NCBI RefSeq assembly: GCF_001194135.2
Contig: NC_068984.1
Span: 125,953,726-126,017,725, forward strand
Direction of reading: 5' to 3'
Origin: Octopus bimaculoides
Lineage: Eukaryota
DNA: 64,000 nt
Positions 37,757-48,954 of the stretch are shown here, piece after piece. Within the stretch, counting starts at the first letter, position 1. Every line of letters starts with the position of its first letter. The notes below the pieces were generated by a model. It was not told the DNA's origin, made no database searches, and worked only from the letters and a program-made list of their open reading frames with translations. A program made the position numbers and the translations under genes.

Positions 37757-38035
37757 CAGGGGTTTTCAAACTGTGGTCCGCAAGGACAAGACAGGGGGTC
37801 CGTGGACAGCAAGTACTTTTTATGGGCAATTTGATTTTATATATGTATTTAAATTGAAATCTTTTAATTGACAATAAACCTATTTGTTAAATACTGTTAA
37901 ATAAATAAATGTCAAAATATATGTTATTTTAAGCAAATATTTATGTATAAATTTCATAAGCGTTTATAAGGGGGTCCGTAAGGTAAAGCCTGAAATATAA
38001 AGGGGTCCGCAAGTCAAAAAGTTTGAAAACCCCTG
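37757..38035. mobile_element. hAT MITE, same family as 29083
   Basis: same TIR; 8-bp TSD ttttagac; lacks an 18-bp internal segment. Confidence 0.93.
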
Positions 38036-38655
38036 TTTTAGACAATCATGAGCCACAGACACATTCATGTCTGTTTCCATAGTAACAAGCGGAGCATGAA
38101 AACACTTTTGTGTACGAGCAAGCACATGTTGACAAATATTTTCCACTCATTGAGGTGGTTGTCAGATGTGCTAAAAATAGCAGCCAAATAGGTCTTAAAT
38201 CATGCACCATGTGCTTATAAGAGACGATCACTTAAGGCTAATAACACAGCATTCAGTGTTCTAACAAGACATCTACATTAAATTGGATATATATATATAT
38301 ATATGTAAGTATATTATTAATAATAGAACTAATAATATTAGTGGCTATGTATGTATATATATANNNNNNNNNNATTATTTATAGCTTTATCTACTTCAAG
38401 TTCCACCGTTAAAAATAATTTGCTTCATATTAGTCTTAGCTAAGACTCTTTACTGTCAACTCTCCAACAATATATATATGTATCGACAGCCTTAATAAGT
38501 TTTGACATTTCCAACTATCCACCAATTTATATTCTTATATTCTTACATTGTTGAATAGAACTCTTCATTATTTCTCACTTCCTACCCACTCTCCAGGAAT
38601 TTTACTTGCATTGCTTTTATGATTTTACTTATGTCTCTGTTTCCATTTTCTTCAG

Positions 38656-38752
38656 ACTCTGAACTTTGTAGAACATTCCATGAGTTGTAAAGAGAAACTG
38701 AATCGTAAAAACAAAGATGGTGCTGCCATAACAGATGATGGCTTTGCAATGG
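38656..38752 (+). CDS. WASHC4: WASHC4 exon w22: [33 protein letters not shown]
   Basis: tcttcag| and |gtaaga; 97 nt, phase 0->1; human [28 protein letters not shown]. Confidence 0.97.
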
Positions 38753-39270
38753 GTAAGAATTGAAGCTGCCTTTCACTGTGTTCTGAATAGTTTCTATGTT
38801 GGTCACATGACCTGCTTATATGACAGCCAATAAAAAGAGCCAGAGATGGAGCCAATATATGGTTAATCTGCCTGCTAGAAACAGTAGCCAAACTATCTTC
38901 ATATATAAAAAATTAAAATGTACACATTAGTTTTTGTAGTCCTGGATATACTTATCACACCTAGCTGAGATTGAACTTGTGAACCTATATTAAGTATATT
39001 TTTGAATATGTCACAGATAAATTTCTGTATTTAAAATAACTGATTCCAAAATATTTTCATACACTCATCAACTTAAACAGGTAAACAGTAAAAGAACAAC
39101 TTAGACATATGAACAATAACATCTTTGGCATTTAGATAGCAACAACAAATTTATTCATTGTGTAGTTAACATATTTATTAATTATCTATGATACAGGGTA
39201 TAATAATGGAATTACCAGTTTCTGGATTATTGTTTTTTATGGTATTGTTCTTCTGTGTTGTGTATTGCAG

Positions 39271-39365
39271 GTCTAGCTTATATCCTGAAGTTGCTCGACC
39301 AGTACCATGAGTTTGACTCTCTGCATTGGTTTGCATCTGTAAAGAAGAAATATTCCCAAGATAAG
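39271..39365 (+). CDS. WASHC4: WASHC4 exon w23: [32 protein letters not shown]
   Basis: attgcag| and |gttagt; 95 nt, phase 1->0; human [19 protein letters not shown]. Confidence 0.96.
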
Positions 39366-39531
39366 GTTAGTGACTTCTTTTTTTTTATAAACAGTTTATG
39401 AAACATAGTGGCAAAATAAAATCAGGCACTCAGTTTTAAACATTTTATCAGTGCAAAACCAATCCTAGGTCCCTTTAATATTATAGAAGAATTTAAGGTT
39501 CTTAAACAGTGGGAGACCCACTAACATTGTG

Positions 39532-39609
<78 letters not shown>

Positions 39610-40023
39610 CATATGCATACATATACACACATACACACATATATGCATACATATATATACACATAAATATACATCCAGGTGTAGAAACCATGTCACAACT
39701 GACAATTGTAGTCTGAACATATCCCTGGCTGACCAGTTCCTATCCAACCATCCAACCCATGCCAGCATAAAAAGCAGATAGATGTTAAATGATAATGATG
39801 ATGTTGATGATGATGATGATGATGATGGATGATGGTGATGATATATATATATATACACATAAATATATATTTTCATACCCACTCACATGTATATACGCAT
39901 ACATATATACATACACACACTCACACACATATATATGGTTATTATAAAACTGTATTACAACGTATTTGTTGTTTTTGTTTTGTTTTGTTTTTTAATATTT
40001 TGTATTCTTCATTTGATTTGAAG

Positions 40024-40125
40024 ATGGAGGTTCAAAAACAGCAGACTTCAGCCAGTGTGAAAATGGACGAGAAACTGAATCAAACCACAACCCTCACTAT
40101 GAAAAGATTAGATGTTTATATTCAG
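40024..40125 (+). CDS. WASHC4: WASHC4 exon w24: MEVQKQQTSASVKMDEKLNQTTTLTMKRLDVYIQ
   Basis: tttgaag| (AAG acceptor) and |gtatga; 102 nt; aligns without gaps to human ..[20 protein letters not shown]. Confidence 0.92.
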
Positions 40126-40332
40126 GTATGACCCTTCTATTTTGGCCTCTGTTTGATAGGAAGGATTATAAGTGGTGTAATAAAAATGTAGTTATGTAAC
40201 TGTGAGGAATGTGTATGTGTTTATATCGCATGTGTTGTTTGGTACCAGGTCAGCTCTGGCTGAGCAAACCTAATCAGTCCCTACATAGATTAAAGCTAAT
40301 AAATATTAATCATAAAATATAATAATTATTTC

Positions 40333-40650
40333 CTGGCACGTGGAAAGACATTCGAGCGAGGTCATTGCCAGTGCCGCTGGACTGGCTCCTGTGCAGGTGG
40401 CATGTAAAATACACCATTTTGAGCATGGCCTTCGCCAGTACCACCTGACTGGCCTTCGTGCCGGTGGCACATAAAAGCACCCACTACACTCTCAGAGTGG
40501 TTGGCGTTAGGAAGGGCATCCAGCTGTAGAAACTCTGCCAGATCAGATTGGAGCCTGGTGTAGCCATCCGGTTTCACCAGTCCTCAGTCAAATCGTCCAA
40601 CCCATTCTAGCATGGAAAGCAAACATTAAACGATGATGATGATGATGATG
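40333..40650 (+). mobile_element. RTE-family 3' UTR copy
   Basis: same motifs and tail. Confidence 0.88.
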
Positions 40651-41521
40651 AAAAATGCTTATTAAATGCATAAAATTTAGTATATAATTCAGTAAATTAG
40701 ACTGCCATGAGATCAGCTTTGCCTAGTATATAATTCAGTAAATCCTGCCAAGATCAACTTTGCTTTTCATTCTTTCTCAAGAAGTGGGCCACAGGCTCCA
40801 CAACTGAAAAATATTCAAGCTAATCTTTTTTGTTAGGCATGCCATTCAGAAAATCTATAATATCTACTTCTTTCCAAGTTCAATATATATACTAAGCATA
40901 ACCCTATTATTTCTATGTGCTGTGCAATTCAGCTTCATCATATATTAACTATAATTGTAATGAAGGCAGAAAATAAACTGCCTTCATTTGTTGTCATTCT
41001 AGAGTGAAAATTATGTTCATGTGAGTTATATTGTGTGTTGCATTGGATGAATGTTAAAAAGCTTCAAAACCTACAGCTTTTCTTTTCACATTATACTGCT
41101 GATTATTGGTAAACTCGGTTATGTTTAACGGACAATCTCAAAAAGCTGGTTTTTCTAGGCAAAGTAAGTGACTGACTAACATGCACTTTGCAAATAGAAT
41201 CTGTTGATGGAACAGTGAAATCATGCTAGACTTTTCTAAAGTTCAACAGATAGCACTTATCATTTTTTTTGTTATCAAAACTCTAGTGTTGCTATACTTT
41301 GTTTCTTGAGTTAGAAACCAGCTCCTTCCTAACAGAAAGAATTCAAACACCCAAAATAGGAAGAAGCACAGACACACATGCCCACACACACATATACATA
41401 CATTATAGATAAATATATACCATATTTAGTTACAGCCATGTATAAATCACACTCCTAATTTAGTGTTAAGTCTTGGCCTGAATTGTTTTTCTCTTCATAA
41501 ATTTAGCTTTGCCGTGTGTAT

Positions 41522-42266
41522 ATCATCATCATCATCATCATCGTTTAACGTCCGCTTTCCATGCTAGCATGGGTTGGACGATTTGACTGAGGACTGGTGA
41601 AACCGGATGGCAACACCAGGCTCCAGTCTGATTTGGCAGAGTTTCTACAGCTGGATGCCCTTCCTAACGCCAACCACTCAGAGAGTGTAGTGGGTGCTTT
41701 TACGTGTCACCCGCACGAAAACGGCCACGCTCGAAATGGTGTCTTTTATGTGCCACCCGCACAAGCCAGTCCAGGGGCACTGGCAACGATCTCGCTCGAA
41801 AATCCTACAGGAGCCAGTCAGNNNNNNNNNNNNNNNNNNNNNNNNNNNNNNNNNNNNNNNNNNNNNNNNNNNNNNNNNNNNNNNNNNNNNNNNNNNNNNN
41901 NNNNNNNNNNNNNNNNNNNNNNNNNNNNNNNNNNNNNNNNNNNNNNNNNNNNNNNNNNNNNNNNNNNNNNNNNNNNNNNNNNNNNNNNNNNNNNNNNNNN
42001 NNNNNNNNNNNNNNNNNNNNNNNNNNTGCCTCACCACCTCAGCCCAGGTCTTCCTGGGCCTACCTCTTCCACGGGTTCCCTCAACTGTTAGGGTGTGGCA
42101 CTTTTTCACGCAGCTATCCTCCTCCATTCTCACCACATGTCCATACCAGCGCAATCGTCTCTCTTGCACGCCACAACTGATGCTTCTAATGTTCAGCTTT
42201 TCTCTCAAGATACTTACACTCTGACAGGTATTCACATTGACATTACACATCCAACGGAGCATACTG
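41522..42266 (-). mobile_element. Young RTE LINE 3' end (partly in N gap)
   Basis: MLRWMCNVNV..GVQERRLRWYGHVVRMEEDSCVKKC; near-identical to 16247-16830. Confidence 0.92.
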
Positions 42267-42348
42267 TATAATCAAATATAAAATGGTATGACTTGTACAC
42301 AATTAAATACAGTATGTTTGTGTGAATATATATATATATATATATAGA

Positions 42349-42379
<31 letters not shown>

Positions 42380-42512
42380 TCACACACACACATAGAAAAA
42401 GTTGTGTCTGATTCTATTGCTTATTTTGTTTTGGCATTCCATAAATTTATTTGAATTTTCAATGTCAGTTATCCCCACTAATTAATTTTAATGTGATTAT
42501 CCTTTTCTTTAG

Positions 42513-42600
42513 GAATTTAATTTGCTGAACTATTCATTAAGCAGTGCACGGATATTCTTCAGGGCTGACCTTACTGCTGCTGAGGAAAAAGAAAAGAAAG
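42513..42600 (+). CDS. WASHC4: WASHC4 exon w25: [29 protein letters not shown]-
   Basis: tctttag| and |gtatca; 88 nt, phase 0->1; human [25 protein letters not shown]. Confidence 0.96.
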
Positions 42601-42936
42601 GTATCATCTCTATTGTTATTATTATTAGTAGTAGTATTAATACTAGTATTATTTTTATTAGAGCAAGGGTGGTGGACTGGCAGAATTGTTAGGGCACTGA
42701 AAAAATTGTCTTGCAGTATTTGTTCTGAGTTCAAATCCTGCCAAGATCAGCTTTGCCTTTCATCCTTTCTCAAGAAGTGGGCCACAAGCTCCACAACTGG
42801 AAAATATTCAAGCTTATCTTTTTTGTTAGGCATGCCATTCAGAATATTCCACAGGTCATTGCCCCTGTGTGTTTTACATGTAACTCAAGCTGCTAGAAAT
42901 AACAGCCAGCCAAATCTTCCTCATATCAACATACAA

Positions 42937-42968
<32 letters not shown>

Positions 42969-43071
42969 CATCTTAGAAAACGACACATTGGATAATGTCA
43001 TTCTGGTTCCTCTGCACATAGGGAAAAGATGAGATGGTCACAACTGAAATGTCTGTTGATCATAGGTGCAG

Positions 43072-43445
43072 GTGAGGCTGTGTGGCAAGAAGTTTGCTTC
43101 CCAACCACATGGTTCTAGGTTCAGTCCCACTGCATGGCAGCTTGAGCAAATGTCTTGTATAGTTCTAGGCCTACCAAAAGTCTTGTGAATGGATTTGGTA
43201 AACAGAAATTGAAAGAAGCCCATTGATTGTGTGTGTGTGTGTATTTAGCCCTGCCACCTGTTTGGCAACCAGTTGGTTTGTTTATATCCCTGTGACTTAG
43301 TGGTTCAGCTAAGAGAAACCAATAGAATAAGTACCAGACTTTTATTTTAAAAAAAGGTACTGGGGTTGATTTGTTCTATTAAATCTTTCAAGGTGCTGCC
43401 CAAGCATGCCCACGGTTTAGTGACTGAAGCAAATAAAAAATAAAA
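43072..43445 (+). mobile_element. SINE family B tail 1 (diverged)
   Basis: ggctgtgtggcaagaagtttgc..ggttcagtcccact..gactgaagcaaataaaa. Confidence 0.8.
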
Positions 43446-43572
43446 GGGAACAGCTAAATCTGCTTGATTAGGGGCAAACCTGGGACTAAAAACAACAATA
43501 ACAACAACAACTGCCTTAGTTATAGAGAAAAGACTGCTGTATCTACTAATGCCATTCTGTTTTTCCCAACAG

Positions 43573-43608
43573 ACGAAAGTGAAGGAGATGATTTACTCTC
43601 TGTCGTAG
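43573..43608 (+). CDS. WASHC4: Probable WASHC4 36-nt exon w26: DESEGDDLLSVV
   Basis: TACTAAT branch-like motif at 43544-43550, tttttcccaacag| acceptor and |gtgagc donor; phase 1->1 continues the w25 frame; acidic like the unconserved WASHC4 tail. Confidence 0.6.
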   Translation, partial: TKVKEMIYSLS

Positions 43609-43749
43609 GTGAGCACGGATCAAGACCTGATCTCCTGACCCTGACCCTGACCCTGTTACTCCCACCGACCTTTGACTTTTGTTCATTCGTTCTATTTGCT
43701 TTACCCTTGAACCATTTTCTGGGTTTTTTTTTGTTTTTTTTTTTACCAG

Positions 43750-43857
43750 CCTCATCTTATGTCTCGCCATTCCTTCCTCACACCTCACCCCAGTTACCTC
43801 GATATCACCTTAATTCAGTTGACCCTGTTACTGGGAACCATTGCTTTTTCAGCAAGC
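43750..43857 (+). CDS. Candidate further C-terminal exon: ASSYVSPFLPHTSPQLPRYHLNSVDPVTGNHCFFSK
   Basis: very strong poly-T tract + accag|, phase 1 and open; 3' end uncertain (weak |gtaata donor or read-through into (AAT)n). Confidence 0.35.
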
Positions 43858-43902
<45 letters not shown>

Positions 43903-44361
43903 TTATAATGTCATTTATAATTGCCAGTATTATCAGTATTGTAGTAGCAGAATTGGTAAGTGATGGATAAAATGCTTTGTGATATTCATCCTTTCAGATT
44001 TGATAAAATAAAGTACCAGTCATATATTTCGGGGTCGATAAAATAAGCACCAGTTGAACACTGGGATCAATGTAATCGACTCATCCCCTCCCCCAAAATT
44101 GCTGCCCCGGTGGCAAAATTTGAAGCCATTATTATTATTATTTATAATTCCTGTCACTCATTGACCATGTGACAAGAAACCATTATCCTTATTGTTATTA
44201 TTATTATTATTATTGCATTTCATCTGTCACTATGTTCTAAGTTCAAATTCCGCGAGGCCAACTTTGCCTTTCAGCCTTTTGGTGATCAATAAATTAAGTA
44301 CCAGTGAAAATCTGGGGGTCAATGTAATTGACATATCCCCCCTTGTGACAAAATTTGAAAC

Positions 44362-44395
<34 letters not shown>

Positions 44396-44785
44396 AGCAC
44401 TCAAAGAAAATTGTGTAATGTTATTCTTTATTATTTCTCTTCAAGCTACATGAGGAAATCACATGTGAGTAGACCCACCCAGCATTGCTGACAATGACTA
44501 AGTTATATTTACCAACCATTAATCCTTGTTAGTTGGAGGGAATCAACACCTTCACTGATAAACAAGATAAAACCATATCAAAGCCAATGAGTGTTATGTC
44601 CTTACTTTGTTTAATATCTGATAAATCATATCATTTTCATATTTTGTATGATAAAGATACCATTATGGTATGCGCATTATAAAAGTACTATTATATGTAT
44701 ATAATATAAGCACCTTTATCATTTGTGTGATGTAGCTATTATTATCATATGTGTATGAGATAAACATACATTATTCTATGTATAT

Positions 44786-45105
44786 CAGTGGTACTCAGCC
44801 ATTTTTTACATATGGACGCCTGTGATATCTGTTTTACTCTATTAGACCTGCATAACCTTTTGATGTTTAAAAAAAAACTATTCTAGTTTGATAATGAAAT
44901 TGTATAAACAATATTGTTAAAATATTTTATGTATTATTGAAATATAATTGATTTATTGCATATAAACTTTAACATCAAAATCTTATATGGTTCCTCAAGG
45001 GCCATGTAGACTCCCAAAGGTCATATAAACCCCCAAGGGCCAAATGGACCCTCAAGGGCCATACAGGCCTCCAAGTGCCATGTGGACCCCAGTTGAGAAC
45101 CACTG
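44786..45105. mobile_element. hAT MITE, second family
   Basis: cagtggtactcagc / gttgagaaccactg ends; 8-bp TSD atgtatat; ~20-bp subterminal repeats caagggcca. Confidence 0.85.
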
Positions 45106-45199
45106 ATGTATATGATAAAGATATCATGTTTAATAAATGGGAAATATAGCATTTAATGTCAGCAATGCATTATATATTATGTATGCGCTCTTTACAGCT

Positions 45200-46070
45200 T
45201 TAACCATCTCTATGTACCCAGTACGGCTTGTGTCATTTCTATCTTATTATAATCAATGTAGTTTGTACTATCTCTGTTATGTACCCTATCTAGTCTATAC
45301 CGTCACTAATTATGTACCCTGTATAGTCTCTGGCTTCTCTCTCTTCCATAACCTGTACAGTGTGTACCATCTCTATTATATTACCCAGCCTAGCTTGTAC
45401 CATCTCTGATTATGTACCCTGAAGAATCGGCACCATCTGGCCTGTACCCTATCTAACCTATACCTTCTCTAATTATGTACTCCATACAATATGTACCATT
45501 TCTATCTTTCATACTTTGTACATTCTGTATCATCTCTATTATGTACCCTGCTTAGCCTTATCATCTCAAATCTGTACCCTGCCTGACTTGTACAGTCTCT
45601 ATTATGCACCCTGTACAGTGTGCATCATCTCTGATTATGTACCTTGTACAGTCAGTACCATCTCTGTTCTGTACCTTGTCTAACCTGTACCATCTCTAAT
45701 TATGTACCTGTATAAGCCATACCATTTCTATTATGTACCTTGCTTAGCCTATACACTTTGTACTATCTCTGTTCTGTACCATCTCTATCCTATATACCTT
45801 ACACAGTCTGTATCATCTCTGTTATGTACCCTGTCTAACCTATACAGTCTCTATACAGTCTGTATCATCTCCGTAATGTCCTCTGCCTATCCAGTACCAT
45901 CTTCAGCTTATCTACCTTGTGTATACTGAGCTATTTCTAGACTCTATGCCCTATCTAGTTTGCACCCTCTCTATATTAAATGCCATCTTTGATACCCACT
46001 CATACCTCTATCTATCATCTCTCTATTCAACCGTCAAACCTGTACCGTTTCTAAGCACCCTTATCTAGTC
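45200..46070. repeat. Degenerate ~32-bp minisatellite
   Basis: recurring tgtaccatctctattatgtaccctgtctagcc-like unit. Confidence 0.75.
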
Positions 46071-46429
46071 TCCAGCGCTTGTAGATTACATACTTAATCT
46101 AGTCTGTGCTACTTTATATGTCATTCACCATGTCTGGTCTGTGTGCTTTACTGATATCAATAGAAAATATAAATGTTGACAAGGAAATCAATAACCTCAT
46201 GTTTTCAAACAAAAATACCATGTTGTATTATTTCTGTCCCTGTTGTACAGATGCTCCCTTATCACTCACACTATTAGAAACACAATGAACTAGTGATTGG
46301 CGCTTTGGAAATCTGTAGCCAACAATGCTTTCAATCACAAAATGCAATATAAATTTCTAAATTTCCTTTTATAATATATATATATTGTGTACTCAACAGA
46401 GCCTGCATTATTTATCAGTAATTCACTAT

Positions 46430-46960
46430 GAATAACTTGTACCATTTGTTTTGTTATGTACTCTGTGTAAACTGTATAACCTCTGGTTTATGTACCCAGT
46501 ATATATTGTAACCTCTAGTGTATGTTGGTACCTGGTATATATTGTAATATCTCTAGCATATGTATGTACCCAGTAGATATTGTAACATCTATAGAGCATG
46601 TATGTACCCAGTATATGTTGTAATGTCTGTGCTGTTTCTATGTTCCCAGTATATATTAAGACACTATTTCGTGCCGGTGACATGTAAAAGCACCCACTAC
46701 ACTCTCTGAGTGGTTGGCGTTAGAAAGGGCATCCAGCTGTAGAAACTCTGCCAAATTGGATTGGAGCCTGGTGTTGCCATCCGGTTTCACCAGTCCTCAG
46801 TCAAATCGTCCAGCCCATGGAAAGCGGACGTTAAACGATGATGATGATGATGATAATGATTATCTATAGTGTTTGTACATATCCTGTTTCTTTGTTGCCA
46901 TCAGTATCAGTATATGTATATACTATATATACCCTCTATTTGGTTGTAATATTCTGTACT
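46430..46960. repeat. Degenerate ~33-bp minisatellite interrupted by an RTE 3' UTR
   Basis: recurring tatgtacccagtatatattgtaacatctctag-like unit. Confidence 0.65.
46668..46858 (+). mobile_element. RTE-family 3' UTR copy inside a minisatellite
   Basis: same motifs and tail. Confidence 0.85.
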
Positions 46961-47014
46961 GTATTCCATTTACCTTGAAGGTAACCATATATTCCCTAAC
47001 TTTTCCAAAAGGAT

Positions 47015-47099
47015 GACAGTGACTTCAAAGTTTTGACCTGCTAGCCTTCATCACACTGTCTGACGAAGGCTATTAGCCCGAAACTTTGAAGTTACTGAC
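47015..47099. ncRNA. Overlapping inverted pair of hammerhead-like motifs (Penelope-type palindrome)
   Basis: plus: CUGACGA-AGGC UAUUA GCCC-GAAAC UUUGAAG UU; minus: GACAGU-GUGAUGA..CAAAAC UUUGAA GUC-ACUGUC. Confidence 0.55.
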
Positions 47100-47238
47100 A
47101 ACTCTGTTCTTGTTAAAGTTTAACAAACATGTACTCTGCAAAAAAGTTTTGAGTAATTCTTCTGTTTGATGTTAATTTTTTTTTAATTATAACTTGACAT
47201 AAAAGCAGTATATATATATATATATATATATTTATATG

Positions 47239-47275
<37 letters not shown>

Positions 47276-48688
47276 NNNNNNNNNNNNNNNNNNNNNNNNN
47301 NNNNNNNNNNNNNNNNNNNNNNNNNNNNNNNNNNNNNNNNNNNNNNNNNNNNNNNNNNNNNNNNNNNNNNNNNNNNNNNNNNNNNNNNNNNNNNNNNNNN
47401 NNNNNNNNNNNNNNNNNNNNNNNNNNNNNNNNNNNNNNNNNNNNNNNNNNNNNNNNNNNNNNNNNNNNNNNNNNNNNNNNNNNNNNNNNNNNNNNNNNNN
47501 NNNNNNNNNNNNNNNNNNNNNNNNNNNNNNNNNNNNNNNNNNNNNNNNNNNNNNNNNNNNNNNNNNNNNNNNNNNNNNNNNNNNNNNNNNNNNNNNNNNN
47601 NNNNNNNNNNNNNNNNNNNNNNNNNNNNNNNNNNNNNNNNNNNNNNNNNNNNNNNNNNNNNNNNNNNNNNNNNNNNNNNNNNNNNNNNNNNNNNNNNNNN
47701 NNNNNNNNNNNNNNNNNNNNNNNNNNNNNNNNNNNNNNNNNNNNNNNNNNNNNNNNNNNNNNNNNNNNNNNNNNNNNNNNNNNNNNNNNNNNNNNNNNNN
47801 NNNNNNNNNNNNNNNNNNNNNNNNNNNNNNNNNNNNNNNNNNNNNNNNNNNNNNNNNNNNNNNNNNNNNNNNNNNNNNNNNNNNNNNNNNNNNNNNNNNN
47901 NNNNNNNNNNNNNNNNNNNNNNNNNNNNNNNNNNNNNNNNNNNNNNNNNNNNNNNNNNNNNNNNNNNNNNNNNNNNNNNNNNNNNNNNNNNNNNNNNNNN
48001 NNNNNNNNNNNNNNNNNNNNNNNNNNNNNNNNNNNNNNNNNNNNNNNNNNNNNNNNNNNNNNNNNNNNNNNNNNNNNNNNNNNNNNNNNNNNNNNNNNNN
48101 NNNNNNNNNNNNNNNNNNNNNNNNNNNNGTACAAAAGAATGATATTATATTCCCATGTCAGGGACCCTTAAGAATAATTTACACATTATATTACAGTGTC
48201 TTGTTTGTAGGTCCCTTGAGATATAGCTCTTTTTTTTTTAACCCCCTACAGATCCTCACCCACCCTATTTACCAAACACAGGTATAGAAATAAAGATTAT
48301 TTTTATACCAACTCTTATTTCATTGGTGTTTTTATTTATTTATTATTTTTATATGTGCGTGTATTGTTGATCAAGCTGCTAAAAATAGCAGCCATATCTC
48401 CCTAAAATTACTCTCAGCCATGTTAAAAAGTGAAGGACACATTAGATAATGAAGACATAGGTATGCCAAATCCAAGAGAAAGACAGGAGGGTCTCGGAGG
48501 AAACATTTGTTTATAGATCTGTTAGATCAGAGCTCACTTGCAGCTAAACCGCAACAAACTCTTACGTGTATGCACAGATTTTAAAATCTGTCCTTGTTTA
48601 TCATCGATTCATTCTTCATTCATCACTGATCTGGGATAAATTGATATGCCAGTTGTGAATTGCATTATACTTATCACAAATCCACCTG

Positions 48689-48952
48689 CTGAAAGTTAAT
48701 GAGAAGATCAGACAATTGCAACTATCTGGTCACTGCGTGCACCACCCTGAGTTGGAAGAATCCAGATAAGTCATGTGGTGGAACCCACTTCATGGGGATG
48801 TAAGAAGAGGTAAATATCATCACATTTATTCCGACACCTTGATCACAGACGTTGGCCTGAAATGTATGCAGGACCTTGAGGCAGTGATGTTGGAACAAAA
48901 AGTATGGTGGGTAGACGTTGTTGCTGCAGCCCAGGTTGGAACCTGGCCATAA
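48689..48952 (+). mobile_element. C-terminal remnant of a second RTE-like LINE family
   Basis: KVNEKIRQLQLSGHCVHHPELEESR*VMWWNPLHGDVRRGKYHHIYSDTLITDVGL..LEAVMLEQKVW resembles the RRLRLAGHCVRHPE..WEPxHG..RGRP motif. Confidence 0.65.
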
Positions 48953-48954
48953 TC

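Noticed and set aside
42601-42610. Donor gtatcatc as a possible U12 intron
   Set aside because: It does not match the GTATCCTT consensus, and no U12 branch site is visible before the next acceptor.
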